DNA of 32,000 nucleotides from Cereibacter sphaeroides 2.4.1 (GTDB taxonomy: Bacteria > Pseudomonadota > Alphaproteobacteria > Rhodobacterales > Rhodobacteraceae), in NCBI RefSeq assembly GCF_000012905.2, contig NC_007493.2:2760001-2792000 (forward strand). Reading direction: 5' to 3'. The position numbers were made by a program, and so were the translations under genes. The notes beneath the pieces were generated by a model. The model had not been told where the DNA came from. It saw nothing but the letters and a program-made list of their open reading frames with translations, and did not search any database. This document shows positions 7,179 to 13,907 of the stretch, piece after piece (the first letter of the stretch is position 1; each line of letters begins with the position of its first letter).

Positions 7179-9137
7179 ATGCGCCTGAAACCGAGCCTCC
7201 TTGCCTCCGCCGCCTTCGTCACGGCCGCGGCGCTTGCCGTGGTGGGGGCCTCCGTGGCCGCGACCGTGATCGAGAACCGATCCGTCGAGGCCGTGCAGTC
7301 GCGGCTCACCGCCGCGGGCCTCACCTTCGTCGAGGTCCATGCCGACGGGCTGCAGGTCTGGCTGCGCGGCACCGCCCCGAACGAGGCCACGCGCTTCCGC
7401 GCGGTGAACCTCGCGGGGGGGGCCGTCGATGCCACGCGGCTGCGCGACGCGCTCGAGGTGACGCCCGTGCGCGAGATCGAGGCGCCGCGCTTCTCGGTCG
7501 AGATGCTGCGCAACGACGACGGCGTGTCGCTGATCGGCCTGCTGCCCGAGGCGGGCGGCACCGAGGATCTGGCCAATGCCGCGCGCGGCCTCGGCACCGG
7601 GCTTCAGGTGGCCGACATGCTGGAGACTGCCGATTTCCCGACGCCCGAGGGCTGGTCCTCGGCGCTCGCCTTCGGGCTCGAGGCCCTGCGCCTCCTGCCG
7701 CAATCCAAGATCTCGGTCGATGCCGACCGGGTCTCGATCACGGCCATCTCGAACAGCGAGGACGAGAAGCGCAAGCTCGAGGGGCAGCTTTTGCGGCTCG
7801 CGCCAGAGGGGCTGGAGCTCGTCATGAACATCTCGGCGCCGCGGCCCGTGCTCACGCCCTTCACGCTGCGCTTCGTGATGGACGAGGAGGGTGCGCGCTT
7901 CGACGCCTGTTCGGCCGACACGACGCGGGCGCGCGACCGGATCCTCGCGGCCGGCACCGCGGCCGGCGTGACCGAGGAGACCACCTGCACCATCGGGCTG
8001 GGCGTGCCCTCGCCCCGCTGGGCCGAGGCCGCCGAGGCGGGCGTGCGGACCGTGGCCGAGCTCGGCGCAGGCAGCGTGACCTTCTCGGACGCCGACGTGA
8101 CGCTCGAGGGCAAGCCGGGCACGCCGCGCGCCCAGTTCGACCGGGCGGTGGGCGCGCTCGAGGCGGCGCTGCCCAAGGTCTTCTCGCTCGAGGCGACGCT
8201 GCCCCCTGCCCCGCAGGCGGTGGCCGAGGGCCCGGCCGAGTTCCGCGCCACCCTGTCAGATCAGGGCCGGGTCGAGCTGTCGGGGCGCGTGACCGACGAG
8301 CTGACGCGCAAGGCGGTGGACAGTTTTGCCCGCGCCCAGTTCGGCGCGAGCAAGGTGCGCAGCGCGACGCGGCTCGACGGCGAACTGCCCGAGGGCTGGC
8401 CCACCCGGGTCCTCGCGGGGCTCGAGTCGCTGGCGCAGCTGCATTCGGGCGAGCTTCTGGTGCGGGCCGACACGGTCGAGGTGACGGGCGTCACCGGCTC
8501 GAAACAGGCCAGCGGCCGCATCTCGCAGGTGCTGTCGGCGCGGCTGGGCCAGGGCCGCAGCTTCAAGGTGGACATCGTCTACGACAAGAAGTTCGACCCC
8601 GAGGCCGCGCTGCCCACCGCGCAGGAATGCATGTCCCGCATCCGCCGCGTGCTCGCCGGGCAGAAGATCACCTTCGAGCCGGGCTCGGCCGAGATCGACC
8701 AGAGCGCGCGGGGCACGCTCGACGGGCTGGCCGAGGTGTTCAAGGTCTGCAAGGCCATGCCGCTCGAGATCTCGGGCCATACCGACAGCCAGGGCAGCGA
8801 GGGCGGCAACAAGGCCCTGAGTCAGGCCCGGGCCGAGGCGGTGCTTCTCGCGCTGCAGGGCCGGCGCGTGGACGTGGGCCGGATGAAGGCCGTGGGCTAC
8901 GGCGAAGAGCGCCCGATCGCCGACAACGGCAAGGAGGAGGGCCGCGAGGCCAACCGCCGGATCGAGTTCACGTTGCTGGGCGAGGACGGCAATCCGGTTG
9001 ACGACGCGGCTCCGGTCGTGGAGGAAACGGCGGAAGCCACGCCGTCCGACGGCGCGGAGGCCGCCGCGGACGACGAACCCTCGGCGGCGCCGACCGAAAT
9101 GACGCGGCGCCCGAAGCGCCGTCCCGCGGAGGACTGA
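7179..9137 (+). CDS. OmpA-family (peptidoglycan-binding) protein with N-terminal anchor and several BON-like repeats
   Basis: Lies in the frame of track ORF 7110..9137. The start is ATG 7179 (MRLKPSLLASAAFVTAAALAVVGA), after a GGGAGA SD at 7164-7169. The C-terminal OmpA_C signature is ITFEPGSAEID...ISGHTDSQGSEGGNKALSQARAEAV...GYGEERPIADN...NRRIEF. The middle region holds repeated segments of the pattern x-V-x-V-x-G-x-(7-10)-a-x-x-a. Confidence 0.85.
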   Translation: MRLKPSLLASAAFVTAAALAVVGASVAATVIENRSVEAVQSRLTAAGLTFVEVHADGLQVWLRGTAPNEATRFRAVNLAGGAVDATRLRDALEVTPVREIEAPRFSVEMLRNDDGVSLIGLLPEAGGTEDLANAARGLGTGLQVADMLETADFPTPEGWSSALAFGLEALRLLPQSKISVDADRVSITAISNSEDEKRKLEGQLLRLAPEGLELVMNISAPRPVLTPFTLRFVMDEEGARFDACSADTTRARDRILAAGTAAGVTEETTCTIGLGVPSPRWAEAAEAGVRTVAELGAGSVTFSDADVTLEGKPGTPRAQFDRAVGALEAALPKVFSLEATLPPAPQAVAEGPAEFRATLSDQGRVELSGRVTDELTRKAVDSFARAQFGASKVRSATRLDGELPEGWPTRVLAGLESLAQLHSGELLVRADTVEVTGVTGSKQASGRISQVLSARLGQGRSFKVDIVYDKKFDPEAALPTAQECMSRIRRVLAGQKITFEPGSAEIDQSARGTLDGLAEVFKVCKAMPLEISGHTDSQGSEGGNKALSQARAEAVLLALQGRRVDVGRMKAVGYGEERPIADNGKEEGREANRRIEFTLLGEDGNPVDDAAPVVEETAEATPSDGAEAAADDEPSAAPTEMTRRPKRRPAED

Positions 9138-9256
9138 CCGGGGCCCGGTCCCGGGACCCGGCCGCACGAGGGGCCGGATCGGAAGCGCCGCCCGCCTCCG
9201 GCTCCGGCCGGAGAGACCATCCGACGCGCCCCTGACGGGCAACGACCGAGAAGAGC

Positions 9257-9580
9257 ATGAACCGCACCGAATTCATCATCGCGACTGCTGTCATCCTGTT
9301 CGTGGCCTTCGGCATGGGCTGGCTCGCCCACTGGCTCGTCAGCCGCTTCTCGCGCGTGACGGGCGACATGTCCGAGGTGGACCGGCTGGCCCAGCATCTC
9401 CACGAGGCCGAGGAACAGCGCGATCAGGCGCTGCTCTATCTCGAAAGCCGCGAGGCCGAGCTCGGCGCGCAGCTGGCGCAGACCGAAGCCGAGCTGCGCG
9501 CCACGATGGACGGGCTGCGCGAGGCCCGCGCGGAATCCGAGGAACTGCGCGACTATATCGACCGGATCAGGGCCGGCTGA
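9257..9580 (+). CDS. small membrane-anchored coiled-coil protein (hypothetical)
   Basis: A 107-aa ORF with an ATG start and the purine-rich GAGAAGAG upstream. It has one N-terminal TM (FIIATAVILFVAFGMGWLAHWLV). The rest is a Glu/Arg/Leu-rich heptad-like region. Third-position GC is strong. Confidence 0.65.
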   Translation: MNRTEFIIATAVILFVAFGMGWLAHWLVSRFSRVTGDMSEVDRLAQHLHEAEEQRDQALLYLESREAELGAQLAQTEAELRATMDGLREARAESEELRDYIDRIRAG

Positions 9581-10421
9581 CCGCGCCGGACCCCAGAAGA
9601 TCGGTCACCAGCCGCGAGGCCGGATCGGCCAGCGCATCGATCACGTCGAAATGGTGCCGCCCCGGCTCCACATGCCAGGGGCAGGACCAGGCCTCCGACA
9701 GAAGCCGCGCCTGCCACAGGAAGGCGGGCCGCTCCTGCCCGCCCACATGGACGGTGACGGCGGTCGAGGGACGGCGCGCGGCGCGGGCAGGGCTCTCGGC
9801 CGCGGCCTCGGCCGGATCGAGGCGCAACCTGTCGTTCATCGCGGTCGGAATCAGCGGCTCCAGCTCGGACAGGGGCGAGATCGGCACGCAGCGCAGGAGC
9901 CGCGCGGCAAGGTCGGGCGCGACCGGCGCCTCGGCACAGGCGAGGCGCGCCGCGAGGTGGCCGCCGGCGGAGTGGCCGGTCAGCACCACGGGTCCCGCCA
10001 CCTCGTGCGCCGCCGCGGCAGTGGCGCGGGCCGCATCCTCCACCATCTCCGCAATGCGCGCCGCGGGGGCGAGCCGGTAGGAGGGCATCGCCACCGCCCA
10101 CCCGAGGGCCAGCGGCCCCTGCGCCAGATGCGACCAGGTCTCGCGGCCGAAGGCCATCCAGTAGCCGCCATGGAAGAAGATCGCGAGGCCCCGCGGCGTG
10201 CCCTCGGGCAGGAACAGATCGAACCGCTGCCGCGGGTCCGGCCCGTAGGCAAGATCCAGCCGGGCCCGGGATCCGAGCCCCGCACGGAAGGCTGCCGCCT
10301 CCGCCTCCCAGCGCGGCGGGTAGGTTTCCGCGCCCTCGATGAAGTCGCCATTGGCATAGGCGCGGCTCGCCTCTTCCCTTTCTCTCACACTGACATCTTT
10401 CGCCCTGCCGTTACTGGACAT
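9567..10421 (-). CDS. alpha/beta hydrolase (esterase / arylformamidase-like)
   Basis: A 284-aa ORF with an ATG at 10421. It has the oxyanion motif FFHGGYW, the nucleophile elbow GHSAGGH and a C-terminal His (GRHHFDV). Confidence 0.85.
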   Translation of the reverse strand: MSSNGRAKDVSVREREEASRAYANGDFIEGAETYPPRWEAEAAAFRAGLGSRARLDLAYGPDPRQRFDLFLPEGTPRGLAIFFHGGYWMAFGRETWSHLAQGPLALGWAVAMPSYRLAPAARIAEMVEDAARATAAAAHEVAGPVVLTGHSAGGHLAARLACAEAPVAPDLAARLLRCVPISPLSELEPLIPTAMNDRLRLDPAEAAAESPARAARRPSTAVTVHVGGQERPAFLWQARLLSEAWSCPWHVEPGRHHFDVIDALADPASRLVTDLLGSGAVSRP

Positions 10422-10507
10422 GTCCCCCGCCCCGTGCTTTCCATTGTGCGATGCACTCTGCCCGGCCCTCCGGGCAGCCGCAAATCCATTGTCCCCGGGA
10501 GGATCAG

Positions 10508-11986
10508 ATGCTCGACTCCGTCACCGACCTGCGCTCGCTGCTCAAGGACCCGTCGCTGCTCGAAACCCGCGCCTTCGTGGCCGGCGAGTGGGTCGATGCC
10601 GACGACGGCGCAACCTTCGAGGTGACGAACCCCGCCCGCGGAGACGTGATCTGCACGGTGCCCGACCTCGGCCGGGCCGAGACGGCGCGCGCCATCGCCG
10701 CCGCCGAGGAGGCCATGAAGGAGTGGGCCGCCCGCACCGGCAAGGAGCGCGCGCAGGTCATGCGCAAGTGGTTCGACCTGATGATGGCGAACCAGGACGA
10801 CCTCGGCGCGATCCTCACCGCCGAGATGGGCAAGCCGCTCGCCGAGGCGAAGGGCGAGATCGCCTACGGCGCCTCGTTCATCGAGTGGTTCGGCGAAGAG
10901 GCCAAGCGCATCTATGGCGAGACCATCCCCGGCCACATGCGCGACAAGCGCATCACGGTTCTGAAGCAGCCGATCGGCGTCGTGGGCTCGATTACGCCGT
11001 GGAACTTCCCGAACGCCATGATCACCCGCAAATGCGGGCCCGCGCTGGCGGCGGGCTGCGGCTTCGTCGCCCGCCCCGCGGCCGAGACGCCGCTCTCGGC
11101 GCTGGCGCTCGCCGTGCTGGGCGAGCGGGCCGGGCTGCCCAAGGGCATCCTCTCGGTCATCACCTCGAGCCGCTCCTCGGACATCGGCAAGGAGATGTGC
11201 GAGAACCCGATCGTCCGCAAGCTCACCTTCACCGGCTCGACCGAGGTGGGCCGCATCCTGCTGCGGCAGGCGGCCGATCAGGTGATGAAATGCTCGATGG
11301 AGCTCGGCGGCAACGCGCCCTTCATCGTCTTCGACGATGCCGATCTCGACGCCGCGGTGCAGGGCGCCATGGCCTCGAAGTTCCGCAACAACGGCCAGAC
11401 CTGCGTCTGCGCGAACCGGATCTACGTCCAGTCGGGCGTCTATGACGCCTTCGCCGAAAAGCTCGCCGCCGCCGTGAAGAAGCTGAAGGTGGGCGACGGG
11501 CTCGTCGAAGGCACCGAGGCCGGCCCGCTCATCAACGAGAAGGCGGTGGCCAAGGTCGAGGAACATATCCGCGACGTGCTCGACGGCGGCGGTCAGGTGC
11601 TGACCGGCGGCAAGCGCCACGCGCTCGGCGGCACCTTCTTCGAGCCGACGGTCGTGACCGGCGTGAAGCAGGAGATGAAGGTTTCGACGGAAGAGACCTT
11701 CGGCCCGCTCGCCCCCCTCTTCCGCTTCGAAACCGAGGATGAGGCGGTGGGCTACGCCAACGACACGATCTTCGGCCTCGCCTCCTACTTCTATGCGCGC
11801 GACGTGGGCCGCATCACCCGCGTGCAGGAGGCGCTGGAATATGGCATCGTGGGCGTGAATACCGGCATCATCTCGACCGAGGTGGCCCCCTTCGGCGGCG
11901 TGAAGCAATCCGGCCTCGGCCGCGAGGGCTCGCGCCACGGGATCGAGGATTACCTCGAGATGAAATACATCTGCCTCTCGATCTGA
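10508..11986 (+). CDS. gabD: NAD(P)+-dependent succinate-semialdehyde dehydrogenase
   Basis: Lies in the frame of track ORF 10451..11986. The start is ATG 10508 (MLDSVTDLRSLL), after a GGGAGGA SD at 10497-10503. Aldehyde-dehydrogenase motifs ELGGNAPFIVFDDAD and catalytic-Cys FRNNGQTCVCANR are present. The overall pattern is GabD/SSADH-like. Confidence 0.92.
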   Translation: MLDSVTDLRSLLKDPSLLETRAFVAGEWVDADDGATFEVTNPARGDVICTVPDLGRAETARAIAAAEEAMKEWAARTGKERAQVMRKWFDLMMANQDDLGAILTAEMGKPLAEAKGEIAYGASFIEWFGEEAKRIYGETIPGHMRDKRITVLKQPIGVVGSITPWNFPNAMITRKCGPALAAGCGFVARPAAETPLSALALAVLGERAGLPKGILSVITSSRSSDIGKEMCENPIVRKLTFTGSTEVGRILLRQAADQVMKCSMELGGNAPFIVFDDADLDAAVQGAMASKFRNNGQTCVCANRIYVQSGVYDAFAEKLAAAVKKLKVGDGLVEGTEAGPLINEKAVAKVEEHIRDVLDGGGQVLTGGKRHALGGTFFEPTVVTGVKQEMKVSTEETFGPLAPLFRFETEDEAVGYANDTIFGLASYFYARDVGRITRVQEALEYGIVGVNTGIISTEVAPFGGVKQSGLGREGSRHGIEDYLEMKYICLSI

Positions 11987-12002
11987 GGCGGATCCGACGC
12001 GC

Positions 12003-12039
12003 CCCTGCCCGGCATCCGTCCGGGCAGGGTTCCTTTTCC
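12003..12039 (+). terminator. rho-independent terminator after gabD
   Basis: The 10-bp perfect stem is CCCTGCCCGG (12003-12012) pairing with CCGGGCAGGG (12020-12029). It has a 7-nt loop and is followed by TTCCTTTTCC (12030-12039). Confidence 0.7.
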
Positions 12040-12050
12040 CAAGGGCTCCG

Positions 12051-13325
12051 ATGCTCGTTGAGATTCTCGTCGTCCTCGCCCTGATCGCGCTGAACGGCGT
12101 GCTGGCCATGTCCGAGCTGGCCATCGTCTCTGCCCGCCCCGCCCGGCTGAAGCCGATGGCCGAAGCCGGAAGCCGCGGGGCCGCGACCGCCCTCTCCCTC
12201 GCCGAGGATCCGGGCCGGTTCCTCTCCACCGTGCAGATCGGCATCACCCTCGTGGGCGTGCTGTCGGGCGCCTTCTCGGGCGCGACGCTCGGCGCGCGGC
12301 TGGCCGGCTTCCTCGCCGCCGAAGGGATCGAGCCCAAGCTTGCCAGCACGCTCGGCGTGGGCGGCGTGGTCGTGCTGCTCACCTATCTCTCGCTGATCGC
12401 GGGGGAACTGGTGCCGAAGCAGCTGGCCCTGCGCAATGCCGAAGGGGTGGCCGCCAAGGTCGCGCCGATGATGCGGCTTCTGTCGATCGTGGCCGCGCCG
12501 GTGGTGTGGTTCCTCGACCGGTCCGGCAAACTCGTGCTGGCGCTGCTGGGCCAGGGCGGCGCCTCGCGCTCGCGCGTGACGGACGAGGAGGTGCGCTCGC
12601 TCCTGACCGAGGCCCACGAGGAGGGGGTGATCGAGACCGAGGAGCGGGCCATGCTCTCGGCCGTGATGCGGCTGGCCGACCGCTCGGCCCGCGCCCTGAT
12701 GACGCCCCGGCGCGACGTCGAGATGCTCGATCTCGAGACGCCCGCCGAAGATCTTGCCGAGACGCTGAGCCGGATCGGCCGCGCCCGGGTGCCGGTGCGC
12801 CGCCGCGCCACGGACGAGGTGCTGGGCGTGCTCTACCTGACCGACGCCTTCGCGGCCCTCTCCGAAGGCCGCCCGCTCGATCTCGCGGCCCTCGTGCGCG
12901 AGACGCCCGTGGTTTCGGACAAGGCCGATGCGCTGAACGTCGTCGAGATCCTGCGCGCCTCGCTGAGCCATGTGGTCCTCGTCTACGACGAATACGGCCA
13001 TTTCGAGGGCATCATCAGCCGCGGCGACATCCTCGAGGCGGTGGCGGGCAGCTTCCGCGAGACGGTCGAGGAAGAGCCCGAGATGGTCGAGCGCGAGGAT
13101 GGTTCGCTCCTCGTGGCGGGCTGGATGCCGGTCGACGAATTCTGCGACCGGCTGGGCGTGCCGCGGGCCCTCGCGGGCGATTACGAGACGGTTGCGGGCC
13201 TCGTGCTGAACCAGCTGCGCGCGCTGCCGCAGCTCGGCGATCACGTCCTTGTGCCGGGCTGGCGCATCGAGGTGGTGGACATCGACAACCGCCGGATCGA
13301 CAAGGTTCTTGTCAGCAGGGCCTGA
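12051..13325 (+). CDS. CNNM/CorC/TlyC-family transporter (DUF21 TM domain, CBS pair, CorC_HlyC domain)
   Basis: A 424-aa ORF. The N-terminal DUF21-type membrane domain reads LNGVLAMSELAIVSARP...GELVPKQLA. Central CBS-like repeats follow, and the C-terminal CorC_HlyC-like domain reads DGSLLVAGWMPVDEF...GWRIEVVDIDNRRIDKVLV. Confidence 0.9.
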   Translation: MLVEILVVLALIALNGVLAMSELAIVSARPARLKPMAEAGSRGAATALSLAEDPGRFLSTVQIGITLVGVLSGAFSGATLGARLAGFLAAEGIEPKLASTLGVGGVVVLLTYLSLIAGELVPKQLALRNAEGVAAKVAPMMRLLSIVAAPVVWFLDRSGKLVLALLGQGGASRSRVTDEEVRSLLTEAHEEGVIETEERAMLSAVMRLADRSARALMTPRRDVEMLDLETPAEDLAETLSRIGRARVPVRRRATDEVLGVLYLTDAFAALSEGRPLDLAALVRETPVVSDKADALNVVEILRASLSHVVLVYDEYGHFEGIISRGDILEAVAGSFRETVEEEPEMVEREDGSLLVAGWMPVDEFCDRLGVPRALAGDYETVAGLVLNQLRALPQLGDHVLVPGWRIEVVDIDNRRIDKVLVSRA

Positions 13326-13367
13326 TTTTCTGCCTGCGAAGCGATCGACAGGAGCGACCGTCCCGAG

Positions 13368-13907
13368 ATGGAGACATCCGATGAAAGGCTGGCCGGGGCG
13401 GCCGCGGAGGGCGACCGCGGGGCCTTCGCCCTGCTGGTCGAACGGCATTACGACCGGATCTTCGGGCTGAGCTGGCGGTTGACCGGCAGCCGCACCGAGG
13501 CCGAGGATCTGGCGCAGGACATCTGCGCCGCCCTGCCGATGAAGCTGCGGGGCTGGCGCGGCGAGGCGCGCTTCACCACTTGGCTCTACCGCGTGGTGGT
13601 GAACGCGTCCCACGACCTGCGCCGCCGGCAGTCGGCGCACAGCCGCGCGGCCGCGGGCTGGGGCGACTGGGAACTGGCGCGGCAGGACGAGATCGGCGAG
13701 GCGCGCGCGGCCGAGGAATGGCTGGCCGCCGCCATGACCGCCCTGCCGGTCGAGCTGCGCGACACGGTGGCGCTGGTGCTGGGCGAGGAGATGACGCAGG
13801 CCGAGGCCGGCGCCGTTCTGGGGCTGGCCGAGGGCACCGTGGCCTGGCGCATGTCGGAGGTGAAGAAACGCTTGAGGGCCATGGCTCTCCGGGAGGCCCG
13901 CGCATGA
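13368..13907 (+). CDS. ECF-type RNA polymerase sigma factor
   Basis: A 179-aa ORF. The sigma70 region 2 sequence is FALLVERHYDRIFGLSWRLTGSRTEAEDLAQD...TWLYRVVVNASHDLRRR. The region 4 HTH sequence is LPVELRDTVALVLGEEMTQAEAGAVLGLAEGTVAWRMSEVKKRL. The stop overlaps the next start (ATGA, 13904-13907). Confidence 0.9.
   Translation: METSDERLAGAAAEGDRGAFALLVERHYDRIFGLSWRLTGSRTEAEDLAQDICAALPMKLRGWRGEARFTTWLYRVVVNASHDLRRRQSAHSRAAAGWGDWELARQDEIGEARAAEEWLAAAMTALPVELRDTVALVLGEEMTQAEAGAVLGLAEGTVAWRMSEVKKRLRAMALREARA

Noticed and set aside
6066-7703. A 545-aa minus-strand ORF across ubiA and the start of the OmpA-family gene.
   Set aside because: It is antisense to two genes with clear family motifs. 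Its composition is dominated by R/G/E/P, and I recognise no domain and no plausible RBS.
9138-9256. GC-rich perfect 12-bp palindromes GGTCCCGGGACC (9147-9158) and CTCCGGCCGGAG (9202-9213) after the OmpA-family gene, considered as terminators.
   Set aside because: As RNA they give only 4-bp stems with 4-nt loops and have no U-tract. Palindromes of this kind are common in high-GC spacers.
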